Shown here: in pieces, positions 39,900-51,771 of the stretch
Layout of the letters: each line of letters begins with the position of its first letter
Numbering within the stretch: position 1 is the first letter of the stretch
NCBI RefSeq assembly: GCF_009914755.1
Contig: NC_060934.1
Length of the DNA: 64,000 nt
From: the human T2T-CHM13v2.0 reference genome, Homo sapiens
Strand: one strand, 5' to 3'
Position numbers and translations under genes: made by a program
The notes under the pieces: model-generated
Database searches by the model: none
Seen by the model: only the letters and a program-made list of their open reading frames with translations
Told to the model about the DNA's origin: nothing

Positions 39900-41560
39900 A
39901 CAAATTTGACAAGGAGGTTAAAAATACAGGGCCTGAAGGTGAGTAATAACAAGATGGCTGCCATGGGACCTAGAAAGGGGAGAAGCCATGTTGCCTAACT
40001 CCAGAGGTTGGTATGAGTTTGAAAAGCATTGTCTGATTTCAGAAGCCATTTCCTGTAAACACTGGGTGGCATCTCATACTATTCCTGATTGGTTAGTGTA
40101 AAAATTATACTCTTCCCCTAAGAAGGTGCAGAGTCCTCCTTTCTCAGCAGTGAGGAGGTCTAGTCCTCAGTGGTTTTGGAGAGTCACTGTTGCCAAAGAG
40201 TCTATTTGGGATTGTAGAGTAAGGATAGATTTTGTTATTTCTTGTAAACTGTCTGAGAAATTCTTTGAGAGTGTGTGGTAGTAGGATAATGAAGTAGATA
40301 AACTGGCTATTCTGGTTCCTGTAGCAGTAGCCATTCCTAACCCTATAAGTAGGGATATTAGTTGTATGGCTTTGCACTGATGGAGTTGAGTTTTGAGGGG
40401 TACTGATAGGGTCTGATTTCCTGGGGCAATGTTAATGTTGGGACTTAGAAAGACTAAGGTGCAGGTGCCAGTCCAGTTAGTGGGAAGGCAGATATAGGTC
40501 GACATTCCACATAAGAAGAATATACCTTGGCTGGGTAGACACAACTGGTTGTGTATGTTAAAAAGGTGTGTGTTTGTTGTTTTCATTTTCCCATACTCCT
40601 AGAGTACTTGCCAAGGTAGCTCTGGTGAGTGGCTGGAAAGGGGTGTTGGGAGCAAACTGAGTGGCTCCGTGTGTTCTATTTTCCCATTGGAGAAAAAACC
40701 GTTCTGTGTCTACTAGGAACCATTCAAGAGAGTGATTGAAAGGGGATGAGAAAACATTTACTAGTGGTGGGGGAGCTGCTGCAGGGGATCCAGGGGTGAA
40801 TGGTCATGCAGGGAGTATGTTTGCCATTACAAAGCCTGGACTGTTTGTTAAGCAGGGAGGAGGTGATGATATTTTGGGGCCCTGAGAAGCGGACAATCCA
40901 TCTGAATAGAGCTGTTTGAGTGACTCAGAAGTTACTATGATCAGTTGGGGCTTGAAGTTGTAGGGTGTAATTACACTGATGGGGTAGTAGGTGCCTCAGG
41001 GGCAGGCCTGATAACAGGTTGCATTGCATTCATACAGGGGCTTGGAAAGTTAAGATGGTATTTGTAGTTACAAGGCTGTGTATGGGCTTTTCATTGCTTG
41101 TGTAATAGGTGAGGTTGGAAATGTAAGAATGTAAAAGTTGGATTGCACGTCCTGTTAGGGTATTCTTGGTCCTATCAGAGATGGAGAAGTCAGCTAATGA
41201 TTGCATATTTAGAAGTTGGAAAGGGTCTTTTCCGTCATAATGAAGGTGGTAGGTTAATTTGGTAAAGATCCAGTTTTTTGTGGGAATGGGGGTGGCAACA
41301 TAAGCAGAGGTTGATAGATACAAAGCCAACAGTCATTTGCCAGGGAAGGATTGGACTGGTTTAACAAAGAGTGGGTTAATCTGAGAGTCTTGTAGAGATA
41401 ATTAGGAGCTAGTGGAAGGGGAGGGGTGATTGAGGTATCCAAGGAAGCAGGAGGGATAGATAGGCAAAGAATAAATAGGAAGGTAAAGATGGTGCTCTGG
41501 AAGATGAGATCATTTTATCCAGGCCGAGTAAAAGGTAGGAGTAAATTGCTGTCAGAAGGA
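39900..41560 (-). pseudogene. HERV9 env remnant
   Basis: CWLC motif (41254-41442 ORF); TM fusion peptide LIGLGMATATGT; immunosuppressive domain [17 protein letters not shown] broken by a stop at 40167. Confidence 0.85.
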
Positions 41561-41735
41561 AGGAAGACAGAAAAAAGGTTGATGTGATTAGGATTTTCAT
41601 CCCAGCAGGAGCTACAGTATATAGTCCTATTGCAAAGAGTATGGTTAATATGCTGCTTAATAATATGATGAAATAGTAAAAGGGTTCCATTAAAGGGGCA
41701 AGAAGAGGTGTTAAAGATAAAGATTATGTAGGTTT

Positions 41736-44700
41736 TCACTTATCTTTTTTAAGGAGGAAGGGGTTTTTCTTCAGGATCGGTGGTAGGAGCCTTTTTAGTC
41801 TGGGATGTTTCCTTCTGAAATAAGAGATGCAAGTCCTCCAACAGTTCGCAGGTGTATTGAGGCTGGTCTGGCTGATCTTGGGACTCCTGAGCTGATGGTA
41901 CTGCAGGTTCCTCAGGGGATGTCCAAAATTTAACTCAGGTGTGGCGAATCCAAGATTCCATTCCTGAACCTTAACAGCAGTGGGGTTAGAGAGGATTACC
42001 GAGTATGGTCCTTCCCACAAAGAGGCCATAGATAGGGAGGTAGAGGGGAGAGATTTGATCAACACTAGATCTCCTGGTTGAAACAACTCTGTTCCCTTTT
42101 CTCTGTGATATCCTTCAGGTAGGTTTTTAAGGTTTCATTGATATTTTGCCAAAGAAGTTATATCTTTGACCAAGTTGGCCGTTTCCTGATCAAGTAGGAG
42201 GTCATTTGTGAAAAAAGGCCATCCATACAGCATTTCATTTGGACTGAGCCCCATTTTGTGAGAATTTCGGATTCTCAACAAGGTCATGGACAAAAGAGTA
42301 AAGAGTAGGCCATGGGAAATGAGATTCTTGTGTTAGTTTCCTTAAGTGCCTCTTGACTGTTTTATTTGCCTTCTTGACCTTCCCTGAGGATTGTGGCCTT
42401 CAGGTGCTGTGAAGGTGATATTGTATCCCTAGTGCCCTGGAAATTCCCTAAGTTATTATGGCTTTAAAAGCCAGACCATTGTCACTCTGTAAGCTTTGGG
42501 GAAGCCCAAATCTAGGAATTATTTCATGAATTAGGACTTTAATCACTTTCTCAGCCTTCTCTGTCTTGCAGGGGAAAGCTTCTATCCAATTTGTAAAGGT
42601 ATCAACACAGACCAACAAGTATTGAAATCCCTTTGACTTAGGCATATGGGTGAAATCTAACTGCCACTCCTCTCCAGGATAGTGACCTATTCTTTGTTCC
42701 CCCCAAAGGGGCCCTATGATGGACCAAGGGATTATTCTTTTGGCACACCTCAGAGGCTTTGACTACCTGTCGGATTGTCCAGAGGAGATTTGGCCCTGTA
42801 AATAGGGATTTGGCCATTTGATGAGTGTTTTCAATACCCATATGAAAAGTTTGGAGGAGGGTTTTAAGTATTTTCCACTGGCTGGCTTCAGGTATAAGTA
42901 CCTGTCCTTCTTCTGTCATTAACCACGCTGAGGGGAGAGAAAACTATGCCCCTGTGAAAGTTCCCATTCTGTTTCAGTCAGGGAATACTGGGGCTTAATC
43001 TCTTGGAGGGGTTTGTTCCATACCAAGTGTCCTTCCATAGGTATTTCTAATGGGAGGTTCCACCTGGCAGCAATTTTGGCCTCAGCACCTCCCTGATGGT
43101 TTCCTTCTGCCTTTTCTCCTTCACCTTTCTGATGTCTTTGGAAGTGTAAGACTGCCACCACCTTGGGTTTTTGCACTGAGTGCAATAACTCCATAATTCC
43201 CTTGTGGTATTTAATGGGGGTTTCTCCAGAGGTTAGGAACTTCCTTTCTTTCCATATTGCAGCATGGGTATGTAGGATTAGATAAGCTACTTGCTATTTG
43301 TATACACATTTATTCTTTTTCCCTTTCCCAGTTCTAAGGCTCGGGTAAGTGCCACCAGTTCTGCTAACTGGGCACTGGTCCCTGTGGGAAGAGGCTTACT
43401 TTCAAGTACAGTTACACCACTAACTTTGCCATAACCTGCCCTTCATATCCCATTCTCCACAAATGAACTTCCTTCGGTATATAGGTTAAGGTCAGGATTA
43501 GCTAAGGGGACTTCTAAGAGGTCATCTCAGGTGGCATAAATCTGGACTATAATTTGTTGGCAGTCATGATACCTTGGTTCCCCATCCTCTGGGAGAAAAG
43601 TGGCAGGGTTGGGGGCTATGCCTGTATGTATTTGAAGCACCAGTCCCTCAAGGAGTAGCACCTGATATCTAAGTAGGCAGTTGTCTGATAACCATAAACT
43701 TCCTTTGGCACCTAGTATGCCATTTATATCATGAGTAGTCCAGACAGTGAGATCCTTTCCTTGTATTATTTTGATAGCCTCTGACACTAAGACAGCCATC
43801 ACCACAACTACCCATAAACAGTGAGGCCAGCCTTTTGCTACAACATCAATTTCCTTACTTAGGTATACCACTGGTTGTGGGGTTGTTTCACGAGTCTGAG
43901 TAAGGACTCCAAGAGGTATCCCTGCTCTCTCTGTGACGTATAAAGAGTTTTGTCCTGTGGGAAGGCTTAAAGCTGAAGCTTGTACTAGGGCCTGCTTTAA
44001 GGTTTTGAAGGCTGTTTCTGCCCCTGGTTCCCATTCTACTAGATGAGTATTTGCCCTCTGGGTTTCCTTGATTAGAGTACAGAGGGGCCTGGCTATCTCA
44101 CTGTATCCGGGGATCCATAGTTGGCAAAAGTCGGTGATTCCAAGGAATGCCCACAATTGTTTTAATGTCTTAGGGTGAGGATAAGCCAGTATAGGCTGTA
44201 TTCATTCCTTGCTGAGGGCCCTGGTCCCTCTGGCTAAGATTAGGCCTAGATATTTGACCTGCTGTAGGCAAAGCTGGGCCTTTGACCTAGACGCCTTGTA
44301 CCCTTGATTAGCTACAAAGTTCAAGAGATCTAGAGTACCCTGCTGGCATGAGGCTTCCGAACTGATAGCTAAAAGTAAATCATCCACGTACTGAAGGAAC
44401 AGAGTGCCTGGACCTGAGAAGTGGCCTAGATCTTGGGCCAGTACCTGACCAAAGAGATGAGGGCTATCCCTAAACCCTTGGGGCAAGACTGTCCACATAA
44501 GTTGGGACGTGTGGTCTGAGGGATCCTCAAAGGCAAAGAGAAAGTGGGAGTCAGAGTGCAGGGGAATACAGAAGAAGGCATCCTTGAGGTCCAGAACAGT
44601 GAACTATTCTGCTTCCTCTGGTATTTGACAGAGCAGGGTTTAGGGGTTGGGTACAACTGGATATAGAGGAATTACTGCCTCATTGATGAGTATAAGATCT

Positions 44701-45400
44701 TGCACTAGTCTCCACAGACTGTTTGGTTTTTGTACTCCTAGAATTGGGGTGTCGCAGGGACTGCTGCATTTCCTTACTGAGGCTTGAGTTTTTAAACGTT
44801 TAACAATATCCTGTAATCCTTCATGAGCTTCAGGCCTTAAGGGATATTGCCTTTGATAAGGAAAAGTGGTGGGGTCTTTTAGCCTGATTTGGACTGGGTG
44901 GGCATTTTTTGCTCTTCCAAATTGTCCTTCCAGTGCCCAGACTTCAGGGTTAATTCCCTCCTCAAGTAGGGGACAACAAATGGGTAACTTGTTTCTCATA
45001 TTCATGTAGATAATAGCTCCAGCTTTCACTAATATATCCCTCCTTAATAAGGGTGTGGGACTTTCAGACATAACAAGAAAGGCATGTGAAAAGAGCAAAG
45101 TCTCCCAATTACAACTGAGGAGGTGGGAGAAATACCTGGTTACAGGCTGTCCCAGGATTTCTCAGATGGTAACGGACCTTGAGGACCGTCATCCAGGACA
45201 GGAGATTAACACTGAGAAGGCCACACCAGTGTCCAGGAGGAAGTCAATTTCCTGGCCCTCAATGGTTAAACATACCCAGGGCTCAGTGAGGGTGATGACA
45301 TGGGCTGGCACTTACCCTGGGCACCCTGAGTCCTGTTGTTGGATCATCTGGTTGGGGGCTTCTGGCCCAGAGAACCATTGCACTCTGGGGAAGTGTGCCT
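41736..45400 (-). pseudogene. HERV9 pro-pol remnant (protease, RT, RNase H, integrase)
   Basis: LPQGFRDSP and LQYVDDLLL (44202-44498); VCVDTFTNWIEAFP...SDNG (42448-42645); WEGPY (41736-42086); many frameshifts and stops. Confidence 0.9.
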
Positions 45401-46917
45401 TCCAGTGATTGCCTTGGCATAGCAGACATGGGTGAGGGGGTGGCTTGTTTCTCATTGGACAATCTTTTTTAAAAATGTCCTTGTAAACCACACTGATAAC
45501 AAGCCCTACTGGGTGATTGGCCTGCTATTTTCTGTCCTCTCTGAACCACCAAGCTTTCTTTGTCTGAGGGCCATGACTAAGGCTGTGACCTTTCTCTGAT
45601 CTCAGTTTTCCTTTTGGGCCTGTTCCTCTTGGTACCTATTATAGAACACTGAGGTTGCCAGTTTTAATAATGCCTCCAGATTTTGTTCAGGGCCCAGGGC
45701 TCACTTTTGGAGCTTTCTCCTGATATCTGCAGCTGATTGGGTAAAAACTTATCTTTTAGGATCAATTGACCTTCTAGTCAGTTGGGTGACAGGGGAGTAT
45801 ATTTTCTTAAGGCCTCCTGTAGCCACTCGAGGAAAGCAGAAGGATTTTCTTCCTTTCCCTGAGTTATGGTGGGCATCATTGAATAATTCATGGGCTTTTT
45901 CCTAATTCTCCTTACTCCTTCTAGAACACTGGTCAACAGATGTTTATGACTACAGTCCCCATGATCTGAGTCGAGGTCCCAGTGGGGATCCATACTGGGG
46001 ATGGCTTGCTGACCAGTAGGGAATTTGTCCCTTTCTTCAGCTGTCATTCTATCATTTACTTGACTAAGATACTAGGTCTCTCCAAACTCTCAGGCTGCAG
46101 CTAAAGCCACATTCTTTTCATTAAAGGCCAGGGTTTGATCTAACAATAGCATGACATCTCTCCAAGTGAGATCGAAGGTTTGCCCTAGACCCTGTAGGAC
46201 ATCTATGTACCTATCAGGATCATCTGGAAACTTCCCCAGGTCTGCCTTGATCTGCTGTAAATCAGAGAGGGAGAAGCGGCCATGTACCCAGGTTGGGCCA
46301 AATTTACCTCCCCCTACAGCTTGAAGGGGGCATAACTGATAGCCCGGGGTTTTTTGTGGTCCTTTGGAGATTTCTTTGCTTATTTCCTTCTGGGAAGGGG
46401 AGATTAGAGGAGGCTTATCATTAATAGGAAGTGGAACTATAGGTAGGCTAGGATACGGGGGTAAGCTGAAAAGTCCTCCTGTGGGATGTAAATTGCAAGC
46501 TTTGCATAGTTGTGTATTCTTCTTCAATGAAAAGAAAGCTTGGATATAAGGTATTTCACTCCATTTGGCTTTCCTCTTACAGAAATGGTCAAGTTGCAGG
46601 ATAGCATTGTAATTTATACTTCCCTCAGTTGGCCATTTTTCCCCATCAGAGAGAGAATAGTGGGGCCAGGCCATAGTGCAGAAAAAAATGAGCCACCTCT
46701 TTTTCAGGGTTTGTGAGTCAAATTGGTCCCAATGGCTTAGGATGCATTTCAAGGGTGAGCCTGTTGATGCCTGATTGTCTCTCATCGGAAAGACAAAACT
46801 CTCCATGGTTTTGGTTTGTTTGTTTCTACCTGCCCAGGAACCTGCAACAGTCCCTGGACCCTGCTGATCAGAATAGTTGCACTCACTGATGCAGCAGCAG
46901 AAACACCTCTTGCCCAA
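45400..46917 (-). pseudogene. HERV9 gag remnant
   Basis: ORFs 46090-46917 (PLKCILSHWDQFD...) and 45778-46047 (QGKEENPSAFLE, major homology region); interrupted by stops. Confidence 0.88.
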
Positions 46918-47912
46918 GAACCCAAAACAGTCCCTGGACCTTGCTGATCAGAATAGTTGCACTCACCGACACAGCAGCAGAAACACTAGTTTTCCTCCTA
47001 GACCAGAAGGAGGACTGAGGAAGGTCGGATTTAGTGGCCCTTACCAATGCATTCTTGAAAACGTGTACCCCTGCCTGTCCTCGTAGACCACAAAGAGGAC
47101 TGAGAAAAATCAGATTTAGTTGCCCTTACCAATGCATTCTCAAAAACCTGTTAGAGTCCTAAGTGTTCTCCTGTTAGTATTGGGACTTTACCTGTGTCCT
47201 ATGAAGATGTTATGCCCCAAAAATGAAATGGAGGGCCATACCCTGAGGGAGGGAAGGGATCTCCAGAGTTGGAAGTGTGATGCCTTTTGTCCTCATTTAT
47301 ATGAACAGGAAGGATAGAATTTCTGAGGATCCCCATATCCTAGCTTCAGGAATAGTTTTTGTTAGGCCTGCTTGTCTGAGGAGGGATTCTAAAATTCCAG
47401 ATAGTACCCCCTAAAATGGGGCTTTGGGCAAAAATTATGTCTTTCTGATTGGTGAGCCCGGGTGCCTAAAGAAGGTAACAGAGTCCTGGAGTTTATACTA
47501 GAAATCATTCATGTAGGAGAAACTAGAAAAGCACCAGAGACAGGCAGTGGTTTTTAGAAGCGGGACTAGCCTTGGAGAAGAGAGGCAAGAGGAAGTTTGT
47601 CTGGCAGGCATTAGGACCCAGGAGGCAAGGGTCAGGATAGCTAGGATAGATAGGCAAGTCTCTCTTGGGTGACATGACTTTGAGAGTTCTGCTCATGGCC
47701 ACAGGGTCAACCAACTTGTTGTCGGGACCCCGGAGCTGAATGGCTTTCCTCTCTGTCAACCCTTGGCGCAGCCCAGAAATACAGGAAAAGTGGAAGCTGG
47801 TTCCAGGCAAACCAACGCTCCCAACTCCAAAGAGTTGGGGATTGTTAGAGAGCCCTTTCCCAGAAAGCCTGACACCCCTGTCTTTAGTCTGGTGGCCACA
47901 TTGGTCACTTTT

Positions 47913-48206
47913 TGTTTTGAGACGGAGTCTCGCTCTGTCGCCCAGGCCGGACTGCGGACTGCAGTGGCGCAACCTTGGCTCGCTGCAAGCTCCGCTTCCT
48001 GGGTTCATGCCATTCTCCTGCCTCAGCCTCCCGAGTAGCTGGGACTACAGGCGCCCGCCACCGCGCCCGGCTAATTTTTTGTATTTTTAGTAGAGACGGG
48101 GTTTCACCTTGTTAGCCAGGATGGTCTCGATCTGCTGACCTCATGATCCACCCGCCTCGGCCTCCCAAAGTGCTGGGATTACAGGCGTGAGCCACCGCAC
48201 CCGGCC
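47913..48206 (-). mobile_element. AluYb8-type element in the HERV9 leader
   Basis: Yb-diagnostic 7-bp duplication (ggactgcggactgca) plus tcaccttgttag and tccgcttcc; TSD attggtcactttt at 47900-47912 and 48207-48219. Confidence 0.88.
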
Positions 48207-48328
48207 ATTGGTCACTTTTAACTGGCTGACAGGTGCCCAGTATTTAGCCCCTGAATTCTAAGGAAAAATAGGACAGAACAGCAAGTGAAAGGGATCCAGT
48301 GGTACTTACTGCTTGGCAATAGGCAAAA

Positions 48329-48346
48329 GTCCCTTCATTGTCACCA
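48329..48346 (-). promoter_or_regulatory. Primer binding site (tRNA-Arg type, as in ERV9)
   Basis: TGGTGACAATGAAGGGAC, 3 nt inside the 5' LTR boundary. Confidence 0.75.
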
Positions 48347-48349
48347 AAA

Positions 48350-49281
48350 TGTGTCCAGAATTGGTTCCTTCCGGTGGGTTCTTGGTCTCACTGACTTCAA
48401 GAATGAAGCTGCGGACCCACATGGTGAGTGTTACAGTTCTTAAAGATGGTGTGTCTGGAGTTTGTTCCTTCAGATGTTCAGATGTGGCCAGAGTTTCTTC
48501 CTTCTGGTGGGTTCATGGTCTTGCTGACTTCAAGGGTGAAGCTGCAGACCTTCACAGTGAATATTACAGCTGTTAAAGATGGCACATCCAGAGTTGTTCA
48601 TTCCTCCTGGTGGGTTCATGGTCTTGCTGACTTCAGGAGTGAAGCCACAGACCTTCTCAGTGAGTGTTACTGCTCTTAAAGGTGGTGTGTCGAGTTGTTC
48701 ATTCCTCCTGGTGGGTTTGTGGTCTTGCTGGCTTCAGGAGTGAAGCTGCAGACCTTTGCAGTGAGTGTTACAGCTCTTAAAGGTGGCATATCTGGAGTTG
48801 TTCGTTCCTCCTGGTGGGTTTGTGGTCTTGCTGGCTTTGGGAGAAAAGCTACAGACCTTTGCAGTGAGTGTTACAGCTCATAAAGGTAGTGAAGACCCAA
48901 AGAGTGAGCAGCAGCAAGATTTATTGTGAAGAGTGAAAGAACAAAACTTCCACAATATGGAAGGGGACCTGAGCAGGTTGCCACTGCTGGCTTGGGTGGC
49001 CAGCTTTTATTCCCTTATTTGCCCCACCCATGTCCTGCTGATTGGTCCATTTTACAGAGTGCTGATTGTTCCATTTTACAGAGTGCTGATTGGTGTGTTT
49101 ACAAACTTTTAGCTAGACACAGAGCATTGATTGGTACATTTTTACAGAGTGCTGATTGGTGCATTTACAAACCTTTAGCTAGATACAGAGCACTAATTGG
49201 TGTGTTTACAAACCTTTAGCTAGAGAGAAAAGTTCTCCAAGTCCCCACCCGACACAGAAGCCCAGATGGCTTCACCTCTCA
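48350..49281 (-). repeat. LTR12 5' LTR (932 bp)
   Basis: TG...CA ends; tandem CCAAT-containing U3 repeats (gtgctgattgg) and tandem U5 repeats; adjacent to the PBS. Confidence 0.9.
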
Positions 49282-49765
49282 GTTTAGTTGTGTACTTGTT
49301 TGTAGTTGGAATTTGCAAGGCAGAATAATAGGGATGAGGTTAGTCCATGGGTAATTATTAGGGCAGTTGCACCGGTAAAACTTCAGGGGGTTTTAATGAG
49401 AATAGCCATGATAATAAGTGACATGTGGCTTATGGAGGAATAAGTAATGAGTGATTTTAGATCAGTTTGGCACAGAAAAATTGAGCTTGTTATGATTATT
49501 CCTCATAGGGATAGTATGAGGGAGGAATAAGCTATAAACTCTGTTAAGGGGTTAAGGATTAGGGTGATTCTTATAATCCCATAGCCACCTAATTTTAGGA
49601 GTACTGCTGTGGAGACTATTGGCCCAGCAATCGGGACCTCTACATGGGCTTTTGGGAGTTCTAGGTGGATTCCATAGAGAGGTGCTTTTACTATAAATGC
49701 TATGATGCATGCTAATCATAAAAGACTGTTGGACCAGGAAATTGTTAGTTCTTGAAGCTGGGTAT
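49282..49765 (-). pseudogene. NUMT: MT-ND4 pseudogene, middle part; contiguous with 38545-38899 once the ERV is removed
   Basis: Reverse complement encodes the ND4 motifs [18 protein letters not shown] and LFCLANSNY. Confidence 0.88.
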
Positions 49766-50183
49766 TTGTCTTAAGGTAGACACAAGAGTGCTGATAAATT
49801 TCTCAAGCATGAGTGTTTGAATAAGTGAAGTTTCAAATTTGGGTCTTCTGTATATTAGCTGTGGGACACTGAAAATGAATTTGTCATTCTCTTAGCTCAG
49901 TTTGTTTGTTTAAAATAGAGCAAATAGACCTGCTGAATATGTTGGTGTGAGGGTTAATTGTAATCTGTGTAGCAATTGTCTGACCATTGCCTTGAACATC
50001 ATAGGCCATCTGAGTGGCAAGTATAATAATCATCATCATGTTTATATATAAAATTCAGAAATATTTGAGCCTGTGTGACTGAATAAAAGCATACAAATAC
50101 AATGAAAATATGAATCTAAGTCAGGCTTAGTAAATGGACAAAACAGTGACTTCATTTGCTGTTAACTGTATCTCCTTTTCTAG

Positions 50184-50670
<487 letters not shown>

Positions 50671-51771
50671 TGAACATACTCTCTATCACTGACCTTTCTG
50701 GACTGCTCTCCTCTCTACTGACATTCTTGGAAACATTTCAGGGGTGGCCAGATCTTTTATTTGGAGTCCTGGTTGTTAGCTCATGTGAAGCAGGGTTTGA
50801 AGCTGAGAGCCAAGGGAATTTGCACATGTTTGTGCTGTGTGTGTACAGGCATGATTGTGCATACAGTGTGGGTATAAAAGTTCATTTAATCCTATGTTCT
50901 CCTGAACTTTGCTTCTTTGTTTTCAAATAAGAAATGATGAATATAGATTTTGAGTTCATTTTTTGAAAGAGTTAAAGAGCAGTGTTTTTCCCATTATCTA
51001 TTCCAGAACATGTCACCAGAGAATACTTGACAAGTGGACATGGTGGAAATGGCCCTATCACACCCCTAGGGAGCATGAACCAAATGGCATGTGCTTTTAT
51101 TTAATTGGACTGTGTTTGTATGGTCAGCCTCACTGACTTGTCTAGGGTTTCTTTTAGGCCCATGCTTGCCATTCTGGCCAGTAATGACATTCTACAGTTT
51201 TTATTGCTTAGGCATATCTTAGTGTAGTTCTCATCAGCTTTTATTTCTCTGTAAATACAGCATTATTTAAAAAATAGTGTTAATTATTTCTTGTTACTCT
51301 ATTGATTTTGAGTAAACATATGCTATGACATAATTCTGTGAAATACACAAATGTCTATTTATAAAATAATTTATTTAACTAGATTTTAATTATTAGTAAT
51401 AACTGTAATTTTTATTCCTTAAGTATAATTTGGCTCTGTTTCATTTTGCTTATCTCTTTCCAATCATATTTATGAAATTTTGGCTTAGAAATTTATGGTA
51501 ATTATTATTTTCCACTGCCAACTCTACTCACCTATGAAGTTTTACAATGAATCAGTTTATCAGCTTGGATACCAAATTACCTCATTTTTAAATTCTGTTT
51601 TCCAAATGAAGTGAAAGACTGAAAATCAGATTTATCTGTGAATGATACACACACACTCAACAGACTTCCAGCTGTTCAATGCCTTGCTATTCATTCAGAG
51701 TACTTTTGACTAAAGTCACTATTTAGGGCCTATAGGTGTGAATTTGGAAGCTCTTTAAATATAAAGTTTAA

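Larger units (their letters stand above)
38900..49281 (-). mobile_element. Near full-length HERV9 (ERV1) provirus with two LTR12 LTRs, antisense in CYP2C19 intron 1
   Basis: LTRs at 48350-49281 and 38900-39650; PBS at 48329-48346; PPT next to 39650; gag, pro, RT (YVDD), RNase H, integrase and env fragments in order; imperfect 4-bp TSD (cttt/gttt). Confidence 0.93.

Noticed and set aside
40144-41442. Syncytin- or suppressyn-like env protein
   Set aside because: env is split across frames, the furin site is degenerate (HQCK) and the immunosuppressive domain contains a stop.
46090-46917. Longest ORF (275 aa) as a co-opted retroviral gene
   Set aside because: It is an HERV9 gag fragment ending in a premature stop; the rest of gag is broken.
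46850-47140. Two pairs of ~80 bp direct repeats
   Set aside because: They lie in the ERV leader, where such duplications are usual for this family.
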